NCBI RefSeq assembly: GCF_009914755.1 | Contig: NC_060932.1 | DNA: 64,000 bases | Origin: the human T2T-CHM13v2.0 reference genome, Homo sapiens | Direction: 5' to 3' (one strand) | Part shown: one piece after another, positions 26,801-39,609 of the stretch | How positions within the stretch are numbered: the stretch's first letter is position 1 | Layout of the letters: each line of letters opens with the position of its first letter | The notes under the pieces: generated by a model | Told to the model about the DNA's origin: nothing | The model's database searches: none | The model's input: the letters and a program-made list of their open reading frames with translations, nothing else | Program-made: the position numbers and the translations under genes

Positions 26801-27836
26801 ACCATGATTTACGGGGCAATGCAATATTCTATAGGATGCCTATGTGCTCCAAACTAGCTAGAAGAATATGGAATTATAGCTCCTCTAGCTAGAACCTATG
26901 AGTCTAAAATCAAGGAGAGAAATGGTAGTGGCCTCTTTCACTATTAACTTTAATGATCCATTAGTAAAATTTTTGCCTCTTATCCCCACAACTTTGGCTT
27001 CTGGTTTGAACATCTTTGTTTCTTGAAAGGAAAGTTCTTAGCAGGAAACAGCAACAGTCTGTTAAACTGGAAAGTGAAGATGTCATTTGACCACTTTCTG
27101 CTTCTCAGGTCCATGAATCAAACAGGAAAGAATGACATTATTACCTTGTCTAGGGTATTGATCTTGAGTTTTGTTGCTATGCTCAAGAAGAATAAGGAAG
27201 ATTATGTCTTAAATGCAGGAAATCTCCTTGGATGTATCTGAATATTTTCAAATCCAGAGATAAAAGTTAATGAAAACTCACATCGCAGTACACTTGGGAC
27301 TGCTAATAGCCTAGACTCTTCAGAAACAAAGGTTTAGATAACTCCACTAGTTGAGAAACCAAAAACAGCTAAGATGTTTGCTAAGAGAAAAGGAAATATG
27401 TAATAGTGGATGTAGAGAGAAGTTATGACTATTAATACTGCAAACATACGACCAGATGCAGAAAGAAACACTATATTGAGTATTTATTTTTAATTTTAAA
27501 ATGAATACATTTGTTAATATTTTAACAATTTTTTATTCTCCTATCTGCTAATTGTATATATATTAATAGAAATTAATGTTGTATCTTAGTACTGATGTTA
27601 CTGGACATAAAATGGTATGTGATCAAGTACAAAAAGCAATAAGTACATCATCGAAAGGTGAATAAGATGACACATGAGACTTGATATTGTCTTTGGGGAA
27701 ATGGTTAGCATAGTTTTGTTTACAGGAAGGATATTTGCATCTTGTTGGGTAGAAGCAAAATTTTGTCAGTATTTTCATTTGAAAGTTATGTCAGTTAACA
27801 GAGATATATAAGGACGGAAAGAGGACAAGACTGGGT
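23860..27836 (+). mobile_element. ERVL-class internal region (gag, RNase H, integrase, dUTPase; PR/RT apparently deleted)
   Basis: gag-like cctgaaggaaactttatctc...gctgaattacaa; RNase H YTD (tacactgat) near 26061; integrase-like ctcactggaatggtcacttattcc near 26540; ORF 27023-27241 LNWKVKMSFDHFLLL resembles ERVL dUTPase. Confidence 0.8.
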
Positions 27837-28958
27837 TGTGGTGGTTTTGTGCTGTGTTAACTTGGCTAAGCTATAATTAACTTTCCTAGGATTTCTCTGG
27901 CCACAAGAAAAAAAATCTGTGGTATTTGGGTTGCAGAAATGAAACACCCAGCCTTTGAAATCTGAAGGTTGTCTTTATAATTGTTGAAACCTGGAAGCAA
28001 TGAAGATGCCTTTTCATAGTTGAATGAATAAACAAACTATGGTACATCCATACAATGTAATATTATCCAGCAATAAAAGAAAATGAGATATTATATCATA
28101 AAAAGATATGAAGGAAACAAATTCATACTGTCAAGTGAAATAAACCAGTTTGGAAGGCTTTGTAATTCCAACTACAAGACATTCTGGAAAAGGTAAATCT
28201 ATAGAGATGGCAAAAGAAAAAAGAAAAAAAAATCTGGTCGTTGCCAGGAAGTTGGGAGAGAGAGGGATGAGTAGGTGGAACATGGGAGCTTTTGAGGGCA
28301 GTGAAGTTGTTCTGCGTGACATTGTGATATTGGATACACTGCATTATGCCTTCATCAAATTCACACGACTCTACGGCATAAGGAGTGATTCCCAATGTAA
28401 ACTATGGAATTTAGTTAATAAAATAATCAATACTGGTTCATTAATTACAGCACTTCTGCCACACTAAGCAAGATGCTAATAAAAACTGTGGGCAGGAAAT
28501 GAATATATGGAAAGTGTACTTTCTGCTCAATTTTTCTCTAAACCTAAAACTGTTGTAAAAATAATCTATTAATTAAAAACAAATCTGAAGGTTGTAGTTA
28601 TTTAGAAAAGGTGAAAGACAGAGTGGTCTCCTTCTTTACTTTAGCTCTGCTGGTCAAAGCATCTCCAGGCCCGCCACTGCATGCTTTACCGTGAATTCAC
28701 TGAGGTCAGAACCATGAAGATCAGGATCCGCACATCCACTTCTATACCTGCTCATCATGGTTACAATCCGGCAGCTGCATTCTGAAAAGCATGACTGGCT
28801 CATCCATGCCAGGGCTGGCTGGGACTCTTTTCTGATCCTTTCTATAATTTTACCTCCCCAGCTTCACCATCAATTGTATGAAGTCTAATTCCTGATATAA
28901 AGTCTCTATCTCATAATACACGGCCTCTGCTTCCCTAATCGAACCTTAACTGAATCAC
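27837..28958 (+). mobile_element. 3' LTR of the ERVL remnant (LTR52-like), split by L1MC
   Basis: Starts tgtggtggttttgtgctgtgttaacttggctaagct after a purine-rich tract; ends gcttccctaatcgaaccttaactgaatcaca. Confidence 0.65.
27973..28580 (+). mobile_element. L1MC1/2-like 3' end with perfect 15 bp TSD
   Basis: gacattctggaaaaggtaaa, gagggcagtgaa, aaacctaaaactg; TSD aaatctgaaggttgt at 27958-27972 and 28581-28595. Confidence 0.9.
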
Positions 28959-29602
28959 AAATTTTAAAATATCCTCTCTATTCTATTCTAAAGATTATTT
29001 AGTGAAAGCAGGGCTATCGTGTTTGTGATTGTAAAGTGAAATTAAAAGACCATTAGGAAAAAGAAAGAGGACATTTCTATTGCTTCATTCTCTGGTCATA
29101 GGCCTTCAATATTTGTTTCTCATTTGTGGGTCTATGAATGTAGACTTTATCTGAAATTGCAATGTGTATTTAAAGTGACTTGCTTTTAAGCTTCTTGCAG
29201 AATTGGTAACATGCTCCTCTACAAGCTACTTAATTTGTATACCTTATCCAAGCACACGTTTTGCATAATAAATAAACAGTAACTCACTGTCCTGCTTGAT
29301 AAGTGACTACACATTGTATATTTTAAGCAAGTAGACCACATCTAATTCAAACTGCTTTTAATAGCTTATATTTTTCTCCCAACAGCTGCTCCATGCAGTA
29401 GAGATAACTCTGACCTAAACCACAAGTGTTTATGTAAAAACTCTAGCACAGGGTATATTATCTGACATAATTACATCTTTGAAAGATGCAAATGTGCAAC
29501 CTGAAACCCTGAACAATCTGTGAGATGTATTCTAATGTACTAATTCTCTGTGTTTCTTGGCCATTGTTACAGGTACCATTTTATGGTTAATCAGCCTGTA
29601 GA

Positions 29603-29604
<2 letters not shown>

Positions 29605-29640
<36 letters not shown>

Positions 29641-29655
29641 TGTGTGTGTGTGTGT
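29605..29655. repeat. (GT)n microsatellite with one interruption
   Basis: Direct. Confidence 0.97.
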
Positions 29656-30649
29656 ATTCACGTTGTGATGTTTTGGCTATGGCACTATTTCTGTTAGCTG
29701 CTCTTACGAGTATCTCCTAGGAGACAGGCAAAAATACAATTATATGTCTTCCACTCTTCCTGTCCATTCCATTTGAATGAGAAGCTTGTAGTCACTCTAA
29801 GAAAAAACGAACAATAGTATTCTCAAGAGGATGTTTTTGTAGTATTTGGCCTAAGAGGATTCTCAGCATAACGCAGAAGAATCCTCATTATTTGACTCCA
29901 GTCGGCCTCACTAGCCTCATCTTTGTCTATTCTCTTTCTTTGTAACATAACCTCAGGGCATTCCACACTACTTTTGGTTCTCTGAAACTACCATGTTTTG
30001 CTCACCTTCTGGACTTTGGTTTGTGCGGTTATAGATGTCTAAAATGATTTCTCAAATGCCTAATTTTTTTATCCATTTAATTTCTATTTATTCCCAATGA
30101 TGTGCACCCAACTTCCTTTAGGGCTTTTCACATTGAAGTGGCACATGGTAAATATTGGTTACTGATGGACATCTTGGGGTTCCATTTAGAGCTATTTGAA
30201 GTTTTAATTTGTGTTCTGTTAACACTTCTATTTTCATGTAGCACCATGCCTTGATTAGTGATCCTCCAGCAATGTATGTGTGATTTTTCAAACCCACTGA
30301 GGGCAGACTGTTCTGGCTTATTCTACTCTTATTTCCTGAACACAGTCTGTTGTTACTCCGTGGTTATCAATTGTTATCAATTCTATCAGTGCATTCTGGT
30401 TCAGTGAAAATGACTGACCAGCCTTCTCTTCAAACCTTCCCTAACTCATGGTTTGAGCCTTTGGGATAGAGAAGTCAAGCAACACCATCAGAAAAGAAAT
30501 GGCCCAATTAGGCATCACAAGCAAAAGTTAACTCACTGATGTCTTGTTACTCATCTGGGAGAGATATTATGTCCTCATTTAGAATATCTATTTGATTAAT
30601 GTACAAAATGGTAGGAATTTGTATTTACTAATAAAATAGCAATATCAAG

Positions 30650-31270
30650 AACTTCTAGAACGTATTCAACACTTAAATAATGTTGATACAGTCTTAAGCA
30701 CTTGATGTGTATTAACTCATAATCCTCATTAAAAATGTAAGAATTAGTTACTATGACTAATCCCACTTCATGGGGTAGGAAATCAAGGTATAGAATCAGA
30801 GTGTGTTTTATTTTAGTAATCAAGAACATAAAACTAAGGCTTTACTTAAGTTAAAATTTTTAAAAAAAGAGTAATAGAATTGAATTTATATATTTTATGA
30901 GCTCCAAGATAAGACCTTTATGTGAGTGACCTCACAATGCAGTTCATTAAGTAAGTAGCTAATTCTTACTGATCTTTCTCCCAAGTGTAGTTTATATGAG
31001 ACTTCCTGAGAGAGATTCTTCTCTAGTCATTCTCCATTCTTTTTATATCATACCTTTTTATACATGCCTCTTATTTTTCTTAACAACACTTATCAAAATC
31101 TGTGCTTAGGTACTTACTTCCATGATTTATTCCATGTTTTCCCTCTATATCCCTGTGCCAGAAAAGTCTTTAAGAACAGAGACCAGATGTTCACCAGTGG
31201 ACTGGACTCCAGGGCCTGGCTCAGCATCTGTCCCGTATGTGCTATTCTTAAATATTTGTTGAAGATATGT
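30650..31270. mobile_element. MIR (-) then L2 3' fragment (+)
   Basis: aagcacttgatgtgtattaactcataatcctca; ttcaccagtggactggactccagggcctggc...aaatatttgttgaa. Confidence 0.55.
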
Positions 31271-31837
31271 ATAGAATATACATAGATATGTTTACATACC
31301 AACTCTGTTAGAATGTACACATTATAATACATTAATATATATTAGAATATACACATATATGTACATATATATAATTTACATATCTACATATATTTTTATA
31401 TATATTCCACACATATATTCCAACTCTATTAGAAGCATTTGATATTAATTTAAATGTTTATTTCTGCAAAATTTTGGGGACAGGTTGTTGATACGAGATA
31501 TTCATGGTTGTATGAATTAAGAGTTTTAAATCAGAAGGTTCTTCAATCTGGACATCTACTTAGAATTTCATGATCAAGCCAATGATATAGTTTTAGAGTA
31601 TAATAAAAAGATAGTAATTAAATTTTAATCAACATGTGTTTATTGATGACAGACCTGGGTCATGCTCTGTACTAAATCCTCAGATGCAAAAACGAATAAT
31701 ATGGGGCCCCTGCCTCCAGTTAATTCATAGTGGGATAAAGGAAAAGTGAAAACTTTGATAAAGGATCCAAGTCACTCTCCATCTATGTCCAGGTGAGCAA
31801 AGAGGTGAAATTAAATAGCACCTTATCTATTGCCTCG

Positions 31838-32721
31838 TGAAGCAGGATTTTTATTGGCCCCTTAGTCAGATTCCTGACAAGGGAGAGCATTTACTTGGCC
31901 CACAGCCCTCAACCCCTCACATGCAGGAGGGAGCACATGAGCAAGCAAGTGCAGGACCCGGTAGGCCACCCTGGGCATCGACACGGGAGCAAATTCCATG
32001 CGGAACCCATGGCCAGACCAGGCACAAGTGAGAAAATATGGGACCCAGCCAGTAGCTCCAGGCACCAGTGGGAGCAAGCTCCATGGGGTGACATCCAGGT
32101 TGTGGGGGGTAGGTTCCTGCGACCCCAAAGCTCAAGAGGGCATGTTACAGTGCTTTTAGCTCTATTGTCCGTGGACAGCAGTATGTTATCAGCTCAGATG
32201 GGCCCTTTCTTCATCACGTGGGGTGAATGCCCTCTGCTGGTGAGGGTAAAGGGCCAGTGTGACAGCCTTTTTTGTGCACCCGTAGAGGTCGCATGGACAC
32301 TTAAAGGATGGTGAAGGTGGAGAATTTTATTAAGCAATGGAAATGGCTCTCAGCAGAGAGGGGAGCTGAAAAGGGGATGGGATGGGCAGGTAGTCTTCTC
32401 TGAAGTCTGGCCAGCTCTTCCCTGAACTCAAGCCATCCCTCCAAAGTCAAGCTGCCTTGCTGAAAACAAGCTGCCTTGCTCCCCTCTACCGACTGAGCCT
32501 GGGGTCTTTATAGGCACAGGATGGGGGATGGGGCAGGCCATAGGTAGTTTTGGAAAAGACAACATTCGACTGGCAAGAAGGCATTATTCAGAAAGAACCA
32601 ACTTGGAGAGAACTGGTAGACAGGAATAGAAGCTCTCACTTTGGGCTGTGGGTTTCAGGTTTTTCTACTTGAAGGTGAGGTTTCACTGGGGACCTGCACC
32701 ATCTGCCTCCTGCCTCTATCA
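31838..32721 (-). mobile_element. ERV1 solo LTR (LTR27/LTR28/LTR1 group)
   Basis: TG...CA termini (minus-strand start tgatagaggcaggaggcag); 4 bp TSD ctcg/cttg; GC-rich. Confidence 0.85.
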
Positions 32722-33209
32722 CTTGTATTCCCCATAACCTAAAAGATCAACATGGATCAGATTGGAGAAATCAGCTGGTTTGCTAAGAGGAAGGTACAGA
32801 AATAATAACAGAGATTGAGATGTTGGCCTTATCAGATCCTGAGATTTCCATCAATTCTGTGAGACTTTTGTACTTTCACAAAGGAACTTCTCAGAGAAGC
32901 AATAGATGCAGACATTAAGGCTATAACTCAACAATCAGATGAATCCTCATGATGCGTTCTACACAAGAAGAAACAGAACTTCCTTAGAGAACATCATCCT
33001 TTTACAAAATCTGAAAAGCTGATATTCTGTGGCACAGAAGCAATCTCATAGAAAATACATATTCAGTACTTCTCATTTATTAAGCCATTTAAAGGCCTGA
33101 AAATTTCCCTCATTTTAACTCAAAATTCAACAGTTCAGGCATTTTCTATGAGAGCCCTCACTTAATCTGTTTATTTGTTCTTCTATCTGTACATTATCTT
33201 TTGTTCATT

Positions 33210-33345
33210 TAAGACTGTTTATTAATTATTTTCTCTGTGTTAGACACTGGTTAAGGCAGTGGGAATACAGAAGTGAATACAACAGACAACAAACAAAACA
33301 AAATGAAAATACCTTACTTCATGGAGCTTACATTCCAGTGGAAAT
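33210..33345 (-). mobile_element. L2 3' end
   Basis: gtgttagacactgg...gggaatacagaagtgaa...catggagcttacattccagtgg. Confidence 0.7.
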
Positions 33346-33886
33346 ACTTGAGTCCCAGAGTAATAATGACAGAGTTATCTGTAACATACAAATGAGACAT
33401 TTGTCCCAAGCACCTCATTGACCTTTGAAAGGCTGAAACAGGAGAATCCAAATGAAAATATCTATATAAAATAATATTTCTTATGCAGCTCAGCTATTAG
33501 CAGTAGTCTTATATAAAATTGAATCATGTCCTTTCGCATCTCATGGGAATCTCCACTACCATTCCAATATCTAATTTTTTTGATTTATCATCAAATGAAG
33601 GAATCCTTATTCCTGGATTTATTCAACACTGATTTTCAGCTTCTACTGAATTCTTTCACACAGCTCACTTCAGGCGACTGCTCTTTCTTGGTCACTGTGT
33701 GTTGACGTAAATGTGGAACATAGCCCCTTTACCTTCAATTCTACAAAGCGTTACTCATTACAACCCATTATGTATGGTAGATTTTTACAAAAATTCAGGG
33801 TAATGACCGGTGATTATAGTGCACAAAGCCCAACAAAGCACAAGAAGGGAAAAATTTTACAATTAAATTTTAGCTACACCGAATAG

Positions 33887-34062
33887 TTTTTGTTTGTTTT
33901 GTTTGGAGACAAGGCCCTGCTTTGTCCTCCAGACTCCACAGGCTGGAGTGCAGAGACATAATCACAGCTCACTGCACCTCAACTTCCCAGGCTCAAGCCA
34001 TCCTCCCATCTCAGCCTCCTGAGTAGGTGGGACCACAGGTGCACACCACCACACCCACGGCT
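33887..34062 (-). mobile_element. Alu monomer (AluJ right arm / FRAM-like)
   Basis: ggctggagtgcag...cagctcactgca...ggctcaagccatcctccc...tcagcctcctgagtag. Confidence 0.85.
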
Positions 34063-34341
34063 AGTCCTATTCTTAAAGCTTTCAATAACTTTACTGTCCT
34101 ACCAGTACCTCCCCTAGAAATGAGTAGACCCACGCAGACATATGCCAATACACTGCCTGAGGCATCTGCACACTCATCATTTTCTTCTTAAGTTCTAATT
34201 TGTTTCTATTTTGCTGAGCGTTCTCTTTTATGTTGGGCTTTTTTCTTTTCAACCTCACTTACCCTCAGTAGAATGTAAGCTCCAAATGTTCCAGGAGTTT
34301 TCAGTCTGATGCGTTCTATGTTAAAGCTCTAAGATTTAGAT

Positions 34342-34631
34342 CAGAGGTCAGCAAAGTGCAGCCTACAGGTAGTATTTGGCCTGTTACCTGTTTTTGCATG
34401 AGCTTTGAGCTAAGAGGAGTTTTTATATTTTACATGGCTAAAAAATTATTTCAAAAGAATAATGTTGCAAAGGTAAAAATGTCAACCTCCATGAGTATAG
34501 CATGTTTGTTTGTTTTACATTCCGTTTTTATGGAATTCTGTGGCTGCTTTTGTGCTATAATGGCAGAATAATAGCGACAGAGAGCTTGTATTTACTGTTT
34601 ATCCCTTTACAGAAAGCATTGCCAACTCCCA
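34342..34631. mobile_element. MER58-like hAT-Charlie MITE
   Basis: TIRs cagaggtcagcaaa and ttgccaactccc; gagctaaga...ccctttacagaaa. Confidence 0.8.
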
Positions 34632-36708
34632 AATTAGAGGGTTTCCTGTTATATAGGCATTAAAATAATATTTTTTAACATTACATCCAAAAAAGACTTA
34701 TCACTACTAAATTGAGGATTTCACCCTTTATCCATGAATAATCACTTAATACTCACTGAATGTCAGTATCACTGAATGTCAGCATCTTCAGCTAAAACCT
34801 AGAGGAAGAGTTCTATCCATCCTGTCAAAATAAAAAAGCCGTGAGACTCAAGTGAGATGTAAATAAAGTTCTTTGAAATCTGACAAACTTGTAAATTTAC
34901 ATGTTAACTGAGGGTGGCAGGAAAAGGGGTAAATTGAGATATTAGACAACATCTGAAGTGTTACATGGTTGCAGATACCTTTATAACTCATTGAAAATGG
35001 CAAGGAATGAATCCCCACAAGTCAACTCCTCTCCGACCGCCAAGTTTACAAGTATCATATAATTGTATTGATATAATAATATAAATAAAAGCAAAGAACA
35101 AAGCCCAGGTTTTTATGGAAAAGTGATCCCTAGTCATCTAATGGACTGCCTAAGCATCAAGACAGTGAAGAAGAAAGATGGAAGACTCATGTGCAATGCA
35201 TTTGAGCTCACCAATAAATTGAACCTCAGTTTTCTCATCTGCTAAACTGATAAATTTTTCCTTTCCCTCATCAAATTGTTTTGTAACTTTGGAGAGAGAT
35301 TGCAAGCAGTCATGTTCTACATATTTTTCCCATTATCCAGCACACAGTAGGTGCCTGCTGATTAAATAAAGTTTTATGGTTCTGAAAGGAGTTTCAAAAT
35401 AGAAACTTCTTTCTGCCAAAATATGTATGCCAAAGACAAGTGTTGCTTGAAGCCAGCCCCAAATGTCCTAGACTCTTCTAAAAGGTAAAGTTCAAAAAGT
35501 ATATGATTAAATTCTACAAAAACAATTCAAAACCTCCAAAACAGATGAAAGTGTCATTGTGATTAACCAACAGTGCACATTTTAATGCTGTTATAATAAA
35601 CCAGGGTGAGTACATTACATTCCCATCAGCAGAGTGAGTGGTCAGGAATATTGCACATTAATGTGAGTTACAGTGTCTGGGAGCCATTCTTTCCAAAGGT
35701 GTATTAACAATTCTCACTCCATCTCAGGGAGATTGCCATGGAACTCTTCAGTACCTAAAATTCCAGGGTGCTTATTTCAGAAAACTGAAGCCTAGATCAG
35801 GTCCATATGATTAAAATAAAGTGGACGAGGAAGGCAAGATTTCAAATAATTAACCCAGCCACCTGCTAAAATGTTGCAAAGATGATCTAGGTTAGTCACG
35901 TCCTCTCAGACTTTGGAATGTTTCAGAACAAGTTGGGTGAACTTGGAAACAATAAGGATGAATACAGTTCATTAGGGACAAACGTTATCTAGAGCTACCT
36001 TTCTAAAAATTTTCCTACCTGTCTGATTCTTTGTTTTTTTTCTTTGGTTTCATTTGTTAATTCATTCATTTATTTATGCAAAAACATCATTTTCTAAGAC
36101 TTATATTAGATTCTGAATATTTACTAATAAACAAAATAAACATGGTCATTGTCTTCAAGTTGTACATAGCACATAGGGCCTAACTCTTTGATTTTGAGTT
36201 TCTACTAATGACTACCCTTTATTCTGATGTCCACTCTAGCTTTCTAAGGCCTATGTCCACAAGAGGCCAGATGAATTCAAAGAAGGATTCATAGTTCCCT
36301 TGGGACTCTTTGAACATTTTTTCATTTGTTTCACTACAAATTATTTTATTATTTTATTTTTTACTGGTTTAGTCCAGAACTGTTCATGACAAACTCTTCT
36401 GTGTACTCACATAATTTTAGGTACTGAAGATAGCATATCCTGAAAGAATTACGAATACGATGAGGGAGACTGAAAATAAATAATACTGATACATAATACA
36501 GTCTCAAATGATCTATACAAAATACAATTATCTAGATGTAATTAAATGTTCATTTTATGGATAGGGTGATTCATCGACTGTCATGTACTGAGGGTGAAGT
36601 CACAGAAAATCTCTTTAGAAAAGAGGAATATTAGAAATACTACATCTTCTCCCACATAGAAAAAGAGGGTCATTGCTGCGTTGGGTTCTTTCAAAATTCA
36701 AATATTAA

Positions 36709-36970
36709 TCATTTTTTTCAATTTTTGTTTAATTTTTATTAAAAGTAATTATTTCTTTTGGTCTTGAAAAGGGGCTTTTTGCATATTTATTTATTTAATT
36801 TTTTATTTCTGTAGGTTTTTGGGGAATGGGTGGTGTTTGGTTACATGAGTAAGTTCTTTAGTGGTGATTTGTGAGATTTTGGTGCTCCCATCACCAGAGC
36901 AACATACACTGTACCTAATTTGTAGTCTTTTATCCCTCACCTCCCTCCAGCTATGAGGATGCAAAGCCAT
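36709..36970 (-). mobile_element. Short L1PB 3' end with inverted 5' piece and short 3' transduction
   Basis: ggtgtttggttacatgagtaagttctttagtggtgattt (L1PB 3'UTR, reverse complement); plus-oriented agctatgaggatgcaaagccat at 36949-36970; atattaa on both sides. Confidence 0.8.
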
Positions 36971-37061
36971 ATATTAAATTTTTAAACCCAGCACCTCAGA
37001 ATGCAACTGTATTTGGAAATACGCTCCTTAAAGAGGTACTTATGTTAACATGAGGTCACTG

Positions 37062-37632
37062 TGAGGTGGATTAGATAGGATGGGCATAACCTCCCTTAAA
37101 GGGGAACAAACTTGCCAAATAGATGGAGAGGAAAAGCTGCCCAACAGTGCACAAACCACATCGTGGGATCGTCGTTAGAGCATGCTGCAGCAAGGAGGTA
37201 GAAGAGCAGAAGGGGAAATCTCCAAGTTCACAAAAGTACAGAAACCCATGATTGATGTCCTTGGGTTGACCTGTTGCTCACTATAACAGTAAAAAACACA
37301 CCCTTGAGTGGAGACTTAAGATGCTGATGTGACATGTGATGTATGTACTGGCATGTACATCAGTAGCACATGTGCATCCAGAGGACCACCCAGAACATGC
37401 TTAACAGCAACAACCCTTCCCACCCACTTCATAAATAATTTTGTAAGCTTTCCATAAAGGGAGATTCCCCGGTGTCAATCAATGCCATCTCACCTTTCAG
37501 CAGCCTTCTCTGACAGCTGTCAGAGTGCACTTTCCCTTTGCAGTAAATTCTTTTGCTTACTTTTATTTTGGACTCGCTCTCAAATTCTTTTGTGTGGTGA
37601 AGTCAAGAACCTGAACCAGCCCACTGGCTACA
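37062..37632 (+). mobile_element. ERV1 (MER4-group) solo LTR
   Basis: TG...CA; end ggactcgctctcaaattcttttgtgtggtgaagtcaagaacc; TSD actg/acta. Confidence 0.75.
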
Positions 37633-37767
37633 ACTAGGATGAGCCCTAATCCAATATGCCTCAGAAGAAGAGAAAATTTAAACAGACACACACAAAAGCA
37701 ATCCCACATGAAGCCACAGGCAGCAGACAGCCAGCTGCAAGCCAAGGAGAGAGACCTCAGAAGAAAC

Positions 37768-38206
37768 TGAATCCTGAAAATTTGAGACAGGCCTCAGTTA
37801 ATTTAGAACGTTTATTTTGCCAAGGTTGAGGACATGTGCTCATGACACAGCCTTAGGAGGGCCTGATGACATGGGCTCAAGGTGGTCAGAGCACAGCTTT
37901 GTTTTATACATTTTAGGGAGACATGAGACATCAATCAACACATGAAAATGAACATTGATTTGGTCCAAAAGGTGGGACAACCCGAAGCAAAAGCGGGACA
38001 ACTGAAGCAGTATGTGGCTTCCATATCACAGGTAGGTGAGAGACACATGGTTGTATTCTTTTGAGTTTCTGATTAGCCTTTCCAAAGAAGGCAATCAGAT
38101 ACGCATTCATCTCAGTGAGCAGAATAGAATGGGAGGCAGATTTGCCCAACTTGAATTTTCCGGTTAGCTCAGTGATTTTCAGAGCCCAAGATAGTTTCCT
38201 TTCACA
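37768..38206 (-). mobile_element. MER4A-like ERV1 solo LTR
   Basis: tttattttgccaaggttgaggac, ttttatacattttagggagacatgagacatcaatc, end tttcctttcaca; aaac/aaaa flanks. Confidence 0.88.
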
Positions 38207-39237
38207 AAAACAACCCTCATGACAGCTTGATATTGGATGCCTAAACTTCAGAATTGTGAGACAATATATTTATATTGTGAAAGCTACCCAGTCTGTGATA
38301 ATTTGTTACAGTGACTCTAGCAAAACACAGGGAAGAACAGAATGGGGTCTCATCCCCTCCTCTGTGAAGCCTTGTCCTGCCAGGCCCATCTTCATTGCTT
38401 TTGCTATAACGTTCCTGAGCTGCTGCTGTTTTTCCCTTATTTTTATTCAGTTAGCGCTGACAGTTTTTTCCTGCCATATAAGCCTCACGTTTACCATGTT
38501 GACACTGAATTATATTATGAAATTATTTGTGGAGCAGGGAAAAGAAACAGTGTCTCAAGACCCCCCAGAATTCTGGTTTTGCCACTTACTCAGTGAAACT
38601 AATTGAATCTCTTAACAATTTTGAGTTTCCCTGGCTGTACTGGCACATAGAGATACTGCTCAACTTACTAGATGGTTGTCAGGAATAAATACAAGACTAC
38701 AAGCCCAAGTGTCCGATAGAGTAAGCACTTAACATATTTATATTCTTGAATATGTTGATTCTGAATATCCTGGGGCAGCTTATTCCAGTTTAATGAAACT
38801 GAGTTGTGGAAAAAATATCTATATTGAGTCCAAATCTTGCACAGTTACCTTTTACTCTTGAATGTAAGTTCTGCTCAAAGAGCCAACGCACAATATTTCT
38901 CTGTAGAGTCAGAAAGTAAATTAAGTAACTATTTTCTCCTTGGTGCTTTGTTTTCATGTTTTTCTTCCAGTTGTTTAGTGTGATGTTCCACTGATTTTAG
39001 AGGGACCAAAGCAATTTAGGGGATCAACACTGAGAAATATGGGAGAGCAGAAACAGCCTAGATTCTTCATAGGGTCGATGCTGAGTCTATGTTTTTAAAA
39101 ATCTAGAAGGATGTGAGTAGAAAATCAAAGGCTTTGTACAGAACCAGATGAAAAGTGGATGGTCAGATAGAAGAAGGTGAGAGATGGCCAGGGAAACCAC
39201 AGTGAGAGAAAACCAGGCACAATTCTAGAGATGTTTG

Positions 39238-39602
39238 TATATTAGTCTGTTTTCACGCTGCTGATAAAGACATATCCAAGACTGGGTAATTTATAAAGAA
39301 AAAGAGGTTTAATGGACCCACAGTTCCACCTGGCTGGGAGGCTTCACAATCATGGTGGAAGGCAAAAGCCACATCTTACATGGGGGCAGGCAAAAAGAAA
39401 AATGAGAGCCAAACAAAAGGGGTTTTCCCTTATGTAACCATCAGATCTCCTGAGACTTATTCACTAGCATGAGAACAGTATGGGGGAAACCACCTGCATG
39501 ATTCAATGATCTCCTACTGGGTTTCTCCCACAACATATAGGAATTATGGGAGCTACAGTTCAAGATGAGATTTGGGTGGGGACATAGAGCAAAACCATAT
39601 CA
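39238..39602 (-). mobile_element. THE1B-like MaLR solo LTR
   Basis: attagtctgttttcacgctgctgataaagacat...gagatttgggtggggaca...ccatatca; perfect TSD gtttg at 39233-39237 and 39603-39607. Confidence 0.93.
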
Positions 39603-39609
39603 GTTTGTC

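Larger units (their letters stand above)
36674..38329 (+). mobile_element. MLT1A-like MaLR LTR split into four pieces by three insertions
   Basis: Pieces caaaattca / cctcagaatgcaactgtatttggaaat...tgaggtcac / gccctaatccaat...tgcaagccaaggagagagacctcagaagaaac / caaccct...cccagtctgtgataatttgttacag follow consensus order. Confidence 0.8.

Noticed and set aside
31299-31434. ccaactct(g/a)ttagaa repeated 121 bp apart around a TA-rich tract
   Set aside because: Consistent with duplication in low-complexity DNA; not an array.
31837-32314. Cluster of overlapping ORFs on both strands
   Set aside because: Falls in a GC-rich ERV1 solo LTR bounded by a TSD; no protein family recognisable.
34753-34784. 16 bp tandem duplication tcactgaatgtcag(t/c)a
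   Set aside because: Ordinary slippage duplication, two units only, no spacer.
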